64,000 nucleotides of DNA from Haliotis rufescens. Lineage: Eukaryota. Below the pieces are notes generated by a model that saw nothing but the letters and a program-made list of their open reading frames with translations, had not been told where the DNA came from and did no database searches. Location: contig NW_025964361.1 in the NCBI RefSeq assembly GCF_023055435.1, positions 23,250,001 through 23,314,000 of the forward strand, read 5' to 3'. Shown piece after piece: positions 1 to 13,524 of this stretch (within the stretch, counting starts at the first letter, position 1; every line of letters starts with the position of its first letter). A program made the position numbers and the translations under genes.

Positions 1-90
1 ATCGTTAGGCTACTTTCCTCTCACTTAAAGCTGACACACTACATACCTGGAATGCCTGCGACGCTGCGTTGAGCCTCACACATTAACTCA
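1..90 (+). mobile_element. Degenerate 3' part of the tRNA-Leu-like SINE (family C), cut by the window edge
   Basis: tttcctctcacttaaagctgacac...ctggaatg...gcgttgagcc resembles the 3' half of the copies at 48315 and 54341. Confidence 0.45.
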
Positions 91-3000
91 ATGTTTCGTC
101 GAGTCAGGCGGACTGGTATGTCCTGTCGTCTTCTTGGGTTTCAGAAATTGCTAGCACGCATTGATATATATTCCTGGAAAAACTCACCTTTGTAACTGAC
201 ATCTCCAAAGATTATTTAGGCTCTCTTCGTACATGTGAGGAAAAGGGTTAACGTTGTACAAATAATGCAGAACAAGTGGAGGGACCAGAAACAGACTTCA
301 CAAATTGTATCAATCTGTGGAATTTAACCATCTATCTACTATTAACTGAGATATAGTTACTAAGAAATATGCTTCAAACTAGGAAGCCAACCGTTTCAAA
401 CATTTAATCATCATAACCATGCTAGCTTCATATAAGCCCTCGATATAGTAATAAGTACATATGTTTCACACACGGGCTGCACATATGTATCTCAAAAAGA
501 AATTATAATGCGTCTTTGAGCAAACAAAACAGTCCAGAGCATTTAAACTGCTCTTATCTTAATCCACGCCTATTTCTATTAGTAGCAGCATATACATATA
601 TCATGCATGCGTGTGTATTTACATATACATGTGTAGATGGATAGACACAGCTGCATTTATACACCGGGCGCTCATTACTACAAGATCTATTGACAGCATG
701 AACTGTGCACATCTGGCAGTGGCAGGACCTCTCTTCGTTTACATGTATGTCACTTATATATAAGGATGTGGAAACATGTGCCGCCAGCTGGACCCAACAC
801 AAGTCATCTTCTACGAACAGAAAGTGCCCACAGTGACATTGGAAATGAACTATTACATGTATTATGATGCCATTCTCCTTCAGGGTCATATTTTATGTGA
901 TGTTGCCGTACGTTTGATGTAGAAATGTTAATGGTTCTGTCTAAATAACACTTGGTCAATATAAATGATTAAATACCATTTTGCTTCACGATACTGGTGA
1001 AGCGGGTAATGAAAATAAACATTTCATTATGACATCTGTAAGAAACACAAGACAATGATGTCCAATTATTTCTTAATTATTTGAATTAAAGCTAAAACAA
1101 ATTCTGTGGATTGCTAAGGGGGTCCATCTTCAGCTTAATATACAAGAATTTCCTTGGAGTTATTTTTTAAAAGTGTAATCAAACCAAATTATGCAGATTG
1201 CTTAGGGGGTCCATCTCCAATCTAATTAGAATACAATATACATAACCTTTTTCAGTGAAAGAGATCGGAGTTATAATAACATTACATTATCTTTTGAATA
1301 TAATGATCAGTCGTGTAATACAACCTGTGTGCTGGCAATAATTTGATGGAGCCATGATAAAACTACATGGTTCTTTCATTGGTAATGTCATTTCACCCAC
1401 GTGATTGATCAAACCAGCACCGACTAACCCACACGTTAATTATAACTTCAATAAAAAAGCCATTAAACAATTTTTTTTTCTTAATCAGTACAATAACATC
1501 GGCAATGGCTGTAATGGAAAAGGGATTTTTCCTTTTTGTATTTGATTTTGTATATGCATTTGTATTTGCATTTGAAAAGTATTATTCAGTGATTCTCAAA
1601 TATAACGTTAAAAGAGAAATTACCTTTTAAAACCACACAACGACATTCTCGTGTGTTAGAATCATAAAGCATGACACTCCAATGGCTGTAGGTCATTCTC
1701 AGTCTGACTTCAGCCATGTGTGTGTGTTGGTAGTTAAATACTGATACTGAGAGCAATCAAGAGTGATAAGCTAATCTTACTCAAGGTCAATAATCACATA
1801 TTCCCTCATAATCAAAGAGAAAGATAGCATATATAGACCTGGAAAAAGTTAAGCAAGGACTTCTAAGGATGTTCAGAGTGCGTCCCTCAGTCGTAACACA
1901 GTCATATATAACCATGGGTTTGAAATTCAGATTCTTCCTTGTTACGATTCTTGTTGTTTCAGCATCACAGCCATGTTCCCGGGCTACATTTAAAGCCACC
2001 TCGATCTGTTGCTTTGATGTTATTGAAATTATCGCCAACGCGTAAAAAATGAACTTTTAAACTCACCCACACTTTTAATCACTCACCAATATGTCATTAT
2101 TACATTAAAGGTTAATTGCCGTAATCTACAGATGTGACAGGTATACTTTGTGCATATTTTACACATGCAAAATGCTTCAACTATAAGGCCTACTGAAGCT
2201 GTTTTGCGACATGCCAGAAACACCCAAATAATGTATTTGACAATGATTCATTACGTTCGCGAAACATAAGTCCGTGAATGTAACATTGAAAGACGTTCGA
2301 CATCAAAGTATACAGTCAGAATTGTGGAAGTTGTAGGGCTTTGTCATAAATCTGTTTTTACGAACATCTAGTATAAACGTTTGTGAGTGGAGCTTTATGT
2401 TTACAGCAGGGCGTGTCAAAGATACCATGAAGTCAACCATACGATTATAATAAACTTGGGTTCATCAACCACGAAAGCATATATCCTTTACATGGTCGTC
2501 ACTGAATATAAGAGACAAAAGATACATGAGAAAAGAGCGTCCAGATAAATATGCAACTGTACGCGGTTCTTTGGTCACAGATGTGTGCTGGAAGGAGAAA
2601 GGTGACGTGCTCTATCTTGAAGTATCACGCCTCAGGGACGAGCACTGGGTGTGAATGTATTTAGCTGTGTTAGAAATAGATACCTGATATTCTAGTCCTT
2701 AGACCCAGTACCTGGAGTACAGGCATTGTTGCTTTAATTAACATTCACTCAGAAACGTGTCAGCCCGTGAACATTTAATTTAAACGACTCATGGTTTCAT
2801 TGTCGCTTATATTGGGGTATTATATACGGAATTTGAGTATCGTATCGTTAACGGTGTTAGAATGGATTTAATTTACCTCTTAATCGTTATGGTGACTCTC
2901 TTTCTGGATCATGTGAAGGGCGAAGTCGTGTTTAACTTTTATATTACTATTCAACTTTGAAACCATGAACAAAGTACTCATTCGAATAACCTTCATTTAT

Positions 3001-3867
3001 CATATAATGGGTAGGTTTCTCGGCAGGATAAAGCCAACGGATAAAAAAGATATCCCTTGGGGTAATATGCGAATAGAGATGCAAACATCAAAGGTCAAGT
3101 AGGGACTACTTTCAGTGTTTATAAACAAACATGGCGTCGCCCTTGTCATTCGGTAATCGAGTCAGAATTAACCATCGGAATTTTGATAAACTACAGGCAT
3201 AATTGCTATCATTATCAAAAGAACAGTCTAATATACTTAAAATCTGTGTCTAACTGTGACGTAGCTAAGGCATTTTATAAGTTTTGGCAACTTTGGAGAT
3301 ATAAATTTCGAAAGAATTTTGCGAGGGCGCTAGGCCTAGCCAAGCGGAATCAGCAGCCATATAGAATCTATGTTCTTGTAGACCTCTGCGGCTTGAAACC
3401 TTCTGCACAAATTAAAATAGTTGGATTTGGCCGAAATATGTTTGAATTGTTACCTTGTTCGTTTTGTCGCTGTCTGTACATCTGACTACACTTCTGAACG
3501 TTATGACAGGAAAGACCGTCTGTCAACAACGTCTGACCGTGGCCGTGACGTCTCATTGACTAGGGTTAGAGTAGCTTCCCTTTGACAAAGGGCAGTAACT
3601 CTAGCGGTCAGACCGATGGATTGCCACGAAAGGCAATTAAAAAACAATTGTTGTTTTGCGTATATGTTGCTTCGCCACTGTATAAGAAACAGATTTCAGT
3701 TGGAACTATATTGGCTACTGTCACTGTCCGACTGACACATCACTTACCCTGTGACGTAATAAATATTAATGCGCGCATTCCAGGAAAATTCGCAATGTTC
3801 CGGTAATGTTTGTGAGAGAGGGAAAGCGAGTTTGAAGCACAGAATTAAAGAAAGACATTATATGATG

Positions 3868-4132
3868 AAGAGGTTATCACGCTTGTGTGTTTGGGGATGG
3901 TAAATATCCTGTATTAGGAATAAACACTATATGCCAAGGCTCGCTAAATACAATGTTTATTATTCCTAATGCAGGATATTACTATTTCCACATGTTCGAG
4001 CTAACAAACTGACGCACATGTATGACATATCCTGAAAATTATAAACGCGTGTATCGTTCTTGTATATGTATATGTTTATTCCTAATGCAGGATATTTACC
4101 ATCCCCAAACACACTCGCGTGATAAACTCTAT
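3868..4132. mobile_element. Fold-back MITE-like element carrying a captured ~90 bp segment
   Basis: Inverted arms ttatcacgc..gtgtttggggatggtaaatatcctgtattaggaataaaca and tgtttattcctaatgcaggatatttaccatccccaaacac..gcgtgataa. Confidence 0.65.
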
Positions 4133-4149
4133 GTATTGCAAATATATTC

Positions 4150-4500
4150 CTTCAAAAGAAACGCATTTGTAATTTTCAAGTGATTCATTCTGACATTCTT
4201 CCTGAAACGCTTGACATAATTTCTGAAGAGTCGGTGGCAATGTTTGACGTTGACAAAAACGTCTGTCTAGCACATGAAAATGATATATAAACCATATGCA
4301 TGTCCCACTGAAATGTTACAGTGTCCATTGCAGTGAGAGTCCCATATCGAAAGAGAAGGACCCGGTTGTGGCGATCCTGGCCTCTTGTGATGATGCTGGG
4401 TCTCCCTGATCTTACACGTGGTGCCATGTTGCCGACATCGTGCTCAAAGTCGGGAAATTGTGTTCTGGGTATTTACTGACGAACTACGATAATTCACTCC
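4150..4500 (-). mobile_element. Internally deleted Tc1/mariner remnant
   Basis: Minus-strand peptides PRVRSGRPSIITRGQDRH (Tc1 DNA-binding linker) and LDRRFCQRQTLPPTLQKLCQAFQEE (Tc1 C-terminus); TIR-like caaaagaaacgca near 4153. Confidence 0.75.
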
Positions 4501-4989
4501 TTTTTGTATCATTTCCAGTTGAAAGTATTTATGACAAATTTAAGGCTACTTTGTATGTCGTCTGGAAGGGAGCCATGTTCACACGATGCCCGACACATGT
4601 AACATTATACCACATAATGAGAGTGGTGGCTGTAATCATCACTGCAGGCTGTACAGTGTACAGGCTCTTCATCTCAGTACATAATTGTCCAGCAGATTGT
4701 TATGTATTGTTAGCGTGCATGTTTTGTATTTTTTCTATTATTTCAAAGAATTTAATCAACCATCTGTGCAAATTAGTACTTTAGAACAAAGAATAATGGA
4801 ATTCCTGCAATTAGTTTGGTTTTACTATTTACGTAAAAATTGTATTACAAATTATATGTGCAGAGGAAACACGCCAGACAATTCACTTCATTAGAAGGCA
4901 TTATTACAGATGACTTGTTATCGCAATTAACTGTCGACAATTTGACTAGCTGACTGTTGACTATTAACAAGCTTGACTGCTTTTGAATA

Positions 4990-5088
4990 TCTGTTACCTC
5001 GGTGTCTTACCCAGATCCTGTAGAGTTGCCGGAAGGAGATGGCGTCGTGAGAGGGCGGTCTGCAGCTCGTTCCACACAGGTTCGATAC
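4990..5088 (-). mobile_element. Tc1 transposase C-terminal fragment
   Basis: Translates IEPVWNELQTALSRRHLLPATLQDL, matching the Tc1 IEHxWDEL...PxTLQEL region. Confidence 0.6.
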
Positions 5089-5090
5089 TA

Positions 5091-5290
5091 TACTGAACCG
5101 CAAAAGAAACGTCACCCCAAGTAACCATTGCATGAAAAGTTGCCATTTAAATATCCGGGGAATTTTTGTCAAAGTTTCTAAAATTTAACATAACCTTCGC
5201 CGGAAAAATGAAATTTGATGATAAAAAACCAAAGCAGATGACAATAAAACCGATCGCCCAAACGCACCATGGTAACTCGATGCACGGGCA
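5091..5290 (+). mobile_element. Tc1 5' terminal fragment
   Basis: TA followed by tactgaaccgcaaaagaaacg (TIR type shared with other Tc1 copies here); agatgacaataaaaccgatcgcccaaacgca also lies upstream of the Tc1 ORF at ~55277. Confidence 0.6.
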
Positions 5291-5989
5291 CATGTCATAT
5301 GTAATACTGCCCCGTTAAATGAAGTCTCTCATTCTGACAGAGTCGTAATTCTGCAAGACATTATATGATGTAATAGATCAAAGCCTGGAACACGTAGGTG
5401 ACAGCCTTCAGTTCCCTGGAGTATCCTAGTGGTTTATCGGCCAAGTCCTTTGAGGTTCGATACAGTAATTTACCAATATCGGGTTCTTAAAATATCTATT
5501 ATATGTCGCCACGGCACGTCGTAAAAGCATGATTAGATCACAAATAGGGAAGGACTTATGCCATACAGGTGACAGGATAGGTGATTAATGTGGTGAGAGG
5601 AAACTGTTAGCAGTGGAACGTGAATGAATGCAATTATACGAACCCATTATGGAGTGGACAATAAAACGTGCATGCTATTCCCATACGAATTGTCTTGTCT
5701 GGTTTTTCCACATGTTCGAGCTAACAAACTGACGCACATGTATGACATATCCTGAAAATTATAAAGGCATGTATCGTTCTTGTATATGTATTGCAAAACA
5801 ACGGCTACGAAGAAGGTAAGATACATTATCATAGATGTTGCATAGGAAGCATGTTCATGAATCTGTTACTAGCTGCTAGGTAGGTGGAGATCGGCATCGT
5901 TGACAGACAGCTGGGTACATGTAGGCGATGCATCTGTGACCAGCAGCTAGAACAATGGTGCATCGCTCACCGGCAGCAAGATATTGAGA

Positions 5990-6131
5990 TTACTACACGA
6001 GTGTCTGTCAGATACCATTGATTTTACAACGAGTTGTTTCAAGACGTATCTAACGAGCGAAAGCCAGTTAGATACGCTTTGTAACAACGAGTTGTAAGAT
6101 AAATGGTATCTGACAGGCACGAGTGCAGTTA
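5990..6131. mobile_element. Palindromic MITE-like element
   Basis: Near-perfect ~65 bp inverted arms around a gagcgaaagc centre. Confidence 0.7.
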
Positions 6132-6255
6132 TATGTTTCTTACACACCCTAAAATCGCACCTTTGTAGCATCGAACCGCATTTTGTCTATTCTCATGATT
6201 GCAGTAGCGCATTAATACATGCCACCAATGTCATCAGTGATTATCCTATGTACTG

Positions 6256-6411
6256 GGGGCGGTCAGGTCAGGTTAAATCGTTCGCTCGTCACGCCGAATA
6301 CCCGGGTTCGATTCCCGACATGGGTACAATGTGTGAAGCCCATTTCTGGTGTCCCCCGCCGTGATATTGCTAGAACATTGCTAAAAGCGGCGTAAAATCA
6401 TACTCACTCAC
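6256..6411 (+). mobile_element. tRNA-derived SINE (family A), full length
   Basis: B-box ggttcgattccc, 3' tail gatattgctagaacattgctaaaagcggcgtaaa plus (cact)n; 12 bp TSD tcctatgtactg at 6244 and 6412. Confidence 0.88.
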
Positions 6412-8823
6412 TCCTATGTACTGCTTACTACTCATAAATAATGTGACCCTACACAAAAAGGTTTCCACCATGTCTGTGGAGTATCAAGGCGATGATGATA
6501 ATTCAAACTAGACAAACACAAAGAACACGCGGGTGCCGAGTTAAAAGTTTACACCTCAAAGAAATTACCAAATATGTACGATGTTTATTTCCGTATGACA
6601 TCACTACCGGTGACCGACTTTTACAAAATGGTGTGTTCACTGACAACAGTACGCGAGATTTCCACAGGAGGATTTTCTTTGATTGAGGGAGGGATCGTAT
6701 ATGCATAAATGTGTCACGTAAGTAATCAGAAAAATTCCGACAATCTGCGTATTGTTTTTTGTTTACCATGTTTTCCAATGTAACAAAGAGAATAAGTCAG
6801 ATATGCAGATAACTACCGTCGACGTTGTGCGTGATTTAGTGTCAGTCATTGCATCACTCAGGACGGAAACTTTTACGGCTTCTGATGAAATTTACCACAT
6901 CATTGTAATGTATATATGTGTAATTCAATAATTAGTGCAACGATACTCTTTCCATGAACATTCTCAAACGGATGATCGAGCCAATGTATGCAACAATTAG
7001 ACGTAAGTACCTCTAAAAATGCTACACAGTGTAAAATCTTAATTTTGCTTTGTTTACATTTCAACAAGTTCAGTTTTCCGAGCACAGTTTTCGTGTCCAT
7101 ACCTAATTTATTTCGCATAATTTCATCAAGACAATTTGCATTGGTGACAAAGACCATTTGTCATTTGTTTCTAACATGTATGAGGAATTCAGGGATGCAG
7201 GTATAGCAGCTGAGTTTGAAATATACCTGATCAAAAAGGCGTCTCATAACCGGCATTTTGTAAACACAATCCAATATGGCGTTCGTGTATTTTCCAAAAC
7301 ATTCTAAACGATTCTAGGCTAATCAGCGACGTTTCAGAATTATAATTAGTGATTTGATACAAGTGATCACTAATATGCTATTTTTCTACTTTAATTCTTC
7401 GAGTAAATATCCGATATTTAGCTTTCTGAACACACAGTAAATAGCGCCGTGAATTGTGATTTGGCGAGATTTACAATGTACATAATTTTCAGAAGTCACT
7501 TTCAGTAACTTTGCTTTGCCTAAAATGACAGTAAATGATAAACAGATGGGGGAAATTCAAACTGGGAAGTGTATTAGTTTGCATAATGTATGTTTTACTT
7601 TATTCGACTTCGAACTGAGGTTTGAAGGGGAGGGACGTATATGTGTCGCTCTGGCATCCAGGGGGTTCATACTCGGAAAAAACATAACGTTGAAATAACA
7701 ACAGACAATGTAACTGATAATAATAACAAACACGCTCACAGACGAGGACGAGTTTGTTTATTTATATTATTATTTACACGGTCCTGTGGTTCAATACAGA
7801 CGGATGTGAACATTCGACTGAAGCACGAGCAACTTATGAATGACTTACACTCAGAAAAGTAGTCCGTCATCATCTGACCTCAGGTCATCACCATGGAGTA
7901 GCCAAGCACGGGCCTGGAATTCGATCTCACACATATGTTTGATACCAGTTATCTCAAATGGGTTTCTCACCCAAAGGGGTGTAAGGAAGATGATGCATCT
8001 GGGACAACTACCATGTTATTAAACTCATGTGTATTTTTTGTGATAGGGCCTCGTGGCCGAGTGCAGAATTAGGTCGACTTGAAGTGCTCGTAAAATCACA
8101 AAGCGCAGCATCCCCTTTTGGTAATAGATTAATTGACAACCATGTCAGTGTACCTTATCACAAGGCTTCTTATCTATAGAAGTATAAGTACAAGCTTAAG
8201 TAAAATACTTTATATATATGTCCAAAACTCTTCCATAGATTGCATGAAGCGATCAATGCTCGGAGTCACAACATAAATGTGTACACACTTTTACTTGTCA
8301 AGTGATTACAGAACATGGCATTTTTTGTCGTTCCAAAACTGTCCCCCGAACAAGGACACCTATTCCAGAACGCTGCCCTTCTGTTTTATGTAAGCATCCG
8401 TGGTGCCTGGAGACAAATATGGCGCCTTGGCCGATGACAAGAACACTGGCTGCATCGTCATCAAGAAGAACAAACAAAAAGTAATTGTTCTGTAGTTTGT
8501 AGCAAGATACTGGTAATGTAAGAGGTTATTTTAGCTCCATAGGGTCTGGATCCTACGATACCAATTTGTGAGTAATTGGTTCACACCTTTGGTAGAATAG
8601 GTTGAGGCTGACTAAAGTGTCGGAGTACTTGGATTTATGTAGCATGTTTCCATCCCTACGGCTATCTGGCTCAGCAATTCTGTTAAGAATGTAATTGTTG
8701 GCAGGCCAATGATGACACCCCCACATAGTGGAGTGGGCAACACAGCTGCAGAATAATTTACACATATCTATGCAATGTCTTGGCGTCACCTATGGTAATA
8801 GATGATAAGAAACTGTAGAGGAA

Positions 8824-8973
8824 ATATGTTTTATATATTCCCTGAGTTAAGGAAGTTTGATATATCTATCTAAATTTAGATAAATTGATATTTTCTTATT
8901 TATTTTGACTTCACTGCGAATATTTAAGCATACGTATTTGATTTACTTAACTCAGGAAATATCATAAACATAT
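8824..8973. mobile_element. MITE-like element with ~28 bp terminal inverted repeats
   Basis: atatgttttatatattccctgagttaag versus cttaactcaggaaatatcataaacatat; internal palindrome tatctaaatttagata. Confidence 0.55.
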
Positions 8974-9552
8974 GTAAACGTCCTGTTAAAACCTATACCA
9001 AAATGTCTTTATAATTAGCAAAGGACATGTTGAGGTTTTTATCAAATATTAAGTGATGAAATACTGTATATATCTGAAAATAGAATGTATATCTTACTCG
9101 AATGAACTAATAGCTTATTCCGTAGGAAGTCCCAATGACACTATGGCTTTCAGAGTATGATCGCGAAAAACATACTTCTTGCAGCACATAAATACTTAGT
9201 AAATAGAACAGTTATGTTTTCAGGTCAAAGAATATCTAATATTTTGGCGATATCATGAATATATTAACGCTGTCAGGTTAATGTGCGTATGCAATAAGAA
9301 AAACAGTATATAACATTATTTGACAAGAAAATGTAAATATCTATTTTGGTACGTTGTCAAGTTGTCTCATCACTCATGACAGGTTTTCACGGGCAGTACA
9401 AACACCGGTATGTATTAGCATAAATTCAATAAATCTATATATGTGTAAGTTATAACTATCATATAATGTGAGTGAAAAGGTCACCCCGACTGCACTGCAT
9501 GCTTTCTGATTGCCGGGCGAAACTAGAAGACACTTGTAAATACCTGCTTCCC

Positions 9553-9803
9553 TTTGTTTGTTTGTTTGTTTGTTGTTTAACTCCACACTCAGCAATATTC
9601 CAGCTATATGACGGCGATCTGTAAATAATCGAGTCTGACCAGACAATCCGGTGATTGACATCATGAGCATCAATCCACGCAATTGGGATACGATGACATG
9701 CATCAACCAAGTCAGCGAGCCTGACCACCCGATCCCGTTAGTCGCCTTTTACGACAAACATTGTCGCCTTTTACGGCAAGCATTGGTTGCTGAAGACCTA
9801 TTC
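9553..9803 (-). mobile_element. Head-less SINE-like element (family B)
   Basis: Reverse complement of the 44739 and 61399 copies; duplicated cgtaaaaggcgac module; (aaac)n tail. Confidence 0.85.
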
Positions 9804-12800
9804 GCTGCTCATTACTGTGTACTAGGAAATTGCGATCCTCGCGTGCCACTCACCGGTAGTGAGATACTTATTGATATGATGCATGTAATATAACCCGTGC
9901 TACCCGTATCAAATACATCAACTTTGAATAATATTTTCATTTTTAATTTGTTTCATTTTTATCCACCATCAAACGTGGGTTTACTTAATTTGCCTGGCAG
10001 TAATGATAGTGTGTTGATTTCTTATCATTATGGAAATGGGTTTGCCACTTTGAACACCTTCAGACCATTAGGCGGAACATTACCTTCATTATCGTCGTAA
10101 CAACCCTTGTAGGGGACATACATGTACCACGTTATCATTTCTTCTCGTTTTCAGGAAGTTTTTGGTAAAAGCTGATTGACATCCTACCATGTCACGCACT
10201 ATTTCGCCAGAAACATGACAGTCACAACTACATGCACTTGTTTGTAAAGCATATATGATGCTCAGTCAAATAGCTTACCAGACGTTATCAACATGGATTC
10301 CCTGAACAAGCTTGCCAGCAGAACAGCTGTGAAGAACAGAGCGTTTATTTGGCCCACATTTATCATGTTTTGACTGGACATTAGTTGTACTCATATCGAC
10401 TGCATGTGTTCGCTTGAATGATATAGTTATTTGGAGTTTACCCAAACTGTCCATTAATCAAGTAATTATTAAGTGGCTCCTTGAGATGCTATATACTGGA
10501 ACATTATTGTTGGCGGCTATATAAAACAAAACAGTAATAAAACCAGTGCAAAACGCAAACTATTTCATGCTGGATGTGATGCCATGCGTGTAAAACTCCG
10601 AATATTAATGTCGTTTTACTACCCGCTGATCGAAGTTTATTTCATCCAAAACAAAATTTATGAGGACTTTAATCTTCGATGATAGTGATCAAATGTTTCT
10701 TTGATGTAATCAAACCGCTATAACCAGAGCAGTGACTCTATCCATTGGACCACGGATCCACGACAAATAACAATAACAGATAGCACATTTTGTTTAACAC
10801 CCGGCAATGTTACAAAAGTCACAGAAACACAGAATGAAACCTATCATACTGTTATATAACTAACTACATCAATGCATTTTGGTTTTAGAACTTTCAATAT
10901 TTATATTTACAATATTTATCACCTTTGGACAAATATATTTTACATATTCCCTGGATTTGTATGTATCAGCAATGCGTTTCTCTGGGAACCGTGTGCCGCA
11001 ACGTGTTCTCCGCATATGACTGATACCATTCCTATACTTTGACATAAATTGAAAAATCACACACCCGGTGGGAAACCAAGTCATTATTCGTCTTGAAGAC
11101 TTCACAGATTTAACATGACAGACGCATGACTTAATTCAACAATCTGGGTTTCACATGTTTGATCATAACGGAGACGTCCAGCTATTCATTTTACCGTATA
11201 GTCAATGACTGTATCCTTGTTATCCGGACAACGACACATCTGTTCGTGCTTGACAGATTGTGCTGCTCACCGTCTCTCCTCAGTTATCCACGACCTTTCT
11301 GCCTGATCAAAACAACGTCAAAGTTTCCGGACAATCATAGTAACTTAATAACACCCTTGTCGAGAAGGGCATGATGGTCGGTTTCACGAACACCTGGGCA
11401 CTGTTAGAGTCAAGGATGCAGGCTGGTCAAAGTTCTGCTCTCTCTTTTAATGGTAGGGCCTTGACAGTATCAATTTCTTCTGCAATAAATAAGACATTTG
11501 TAGTTTGCTAGATAGTGAAACGCTGGACAATTCATTTTGTGGTTTTGAAGTTGTGTGAGGACACATCTTTTATTTGATTCCAAGAGAAGATGAACATGTT
11601 CATCTCACATGACGTTTAGTGACCGTTAAGAATCACCCTAAACTTACAGAGTGTTCAGTAACAAGCAATTCTAGTTCTTTTGATTAAACTAATGTTAACT
11701 GTGAACAATCTAGGTAATTCCAGGCTGTCACAGTATGTTTAAATCTATTTTTCATGCATAAAACAGATTTCTTCATCCCTTGTTGGTCTTGATTTCAAAC
11801 GAGTACATCGTGGATAATTATATGAAATTTCCAAAGCAAATTGAGCGGAGATACACGCTCAGTACACAGCCTGGTGTAATCATCTCTAAATTTATAGCAC
11901 TGTTTATTGGATGGTATCCATTCTTAGTGATTTCTTGTACATGTGCGTGTTGTTAAGTATGGGTTTAGTTGTTTCGTTCGCATACTCGAAACCAAAGTTA
12001 ATAAAGAACAAATTAATCATCGTCACGGAGTATCCTGGCATAAAATAAATAGCAAAGTACAGCAACCGTCCTGAAGGAGCAGTTCGGGTTGAAATAGAAA
12101 TCTTAGAATAGTCGACCAATCAAACGGTATCACATCAAACTGTCCACCTGAGAGGGAAGGGAAGTAATCCTCCAAGGCATCTATCGTAGTCTAACCGCGA
12201 TAAAGCTCATAGCTTCCCATTAAACCTAATACCTATCACTAGCTGTGCACATAGGCCCCTGGTGACCGAATATCGCCGTAAGCTCATTCACAACTGCGTT
12301 CATTCAACAAGTGTTGTCATCACTGATACGTTACCATTGCAAATAAGAGGCCATCGGACACAATTTTAGACACAATATACGATTTTAAAGGTATGTTTTC
12401 TTAGCCCTGTCGCCGTGTTACTAGAGTTCGAACTGATTCTTATATTCACCTTCTGATTCACATATCATTGGTTAGTGAGGCAGGCTTTCATGAAGGAAAG
12501 AAGGTTACCCAAAGCCCCTCCCTGTGATGGTTGTGAGGCTACTTACGGTACATATCCCCTTGTTTCGAAAATACATTTAACCATAAAGGTCGTGGTACGT
12601 CAAACTATTTTATGTTTCGTGCAGTCAGGATGTCCACAGTTGACATGGTACCTGTTCTTCATAAATGTTCCCTTGAGGATTCCTGATCCCGCGAGGTCCC
12701 AGCATCCCATGATAGTCGGTGGTTACATCGTCTTCCAGGGACGATGTTCATGCTATCAGCCACTGGTTCTGATCATTTACCGACCAAAGCTGAAATACTG

Positions 12801-13524
12801 CGTTAAGAAATGTTCAATATACATGTAAGTCAATTTCGTTGTTCAATTGATGAATACAACGTTGATCAAATTTGTGATAGCACTAATCATCTTTCCTATA
12901 GCTAATTCATTACCCTCGATACGGTAATTCACTTTCGGTTCTGAACGGAAACTCAATTCCTAATTGAATATCTTACCCGTTTCAGCAATCACATCTGGCG
13001 GATTCATTAAAACCATGCATCACTGTAATATAGCATTGATCCTCATATTGTGAGGTTCTCGGCGATCATTAATAGTGTTGGTATAATCAAATGTCCAGTG
13101 CAATGAACTCACTTAATACCCACTCTGTCATTCCACTCAGTGTACATATAAAGATCATAACTTGTTACTATCTCCAAACAAAGAACTAAGAACTTGTTAT
13201 CTTCTGTTATGTTTCTTTAATAACCCAATGTTTAAAGCATTATTTGCATTTGCCATACGTGATTTCAATTAGAGAAATTATTGGAGCGTACATTCACCAC
13301 GTTTTAAATTATTACTTGTAACAATATCATTATATATGCTTCCATGAATCTCATTGAGAAGATGACTACTTGAATATAGTGCACTGCACTCGCTGATCAA
13401 CTTCCAACCTTTAATCGACTTGACAGTATCCGCCGGCGCAATGGACGGAAACAGTACTGTCGTGTAACTGGAGAACCAAATGAACCTCAGGTCAAGGAAC
13501 AAGAACCTACAGTCAGTTCCTGTG

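Noticed and set aside
1787-2038. 83-aa ORF as a genuine gene or SEFIR-like fragment
   Set aside because: It has a non-ATG start, no splice support and no recognisable homology; the motif similarity is within what chance would give.
6256-6330. tRNA gene
   Set aside because: The B-box lies in a multi-copy element with a tail and TSD and there is no intact cloverleaf, so it is a SINE head. The same applies at 48315 and 54634.
6900-7157. P-element/THAP9-like C-terminus
   Set aside because: Only a vague compositional resemblance, with no diagnostic motif.
9374-9893. Recurrent ORFs such as MVRLADLVDA and GLSGPDSIIYRPPSY as a gene family
   Set aside because: They are translations of family B SINE copies (also at 44.7, 58.5, 59.6, 60.6 and 61.5 kb).
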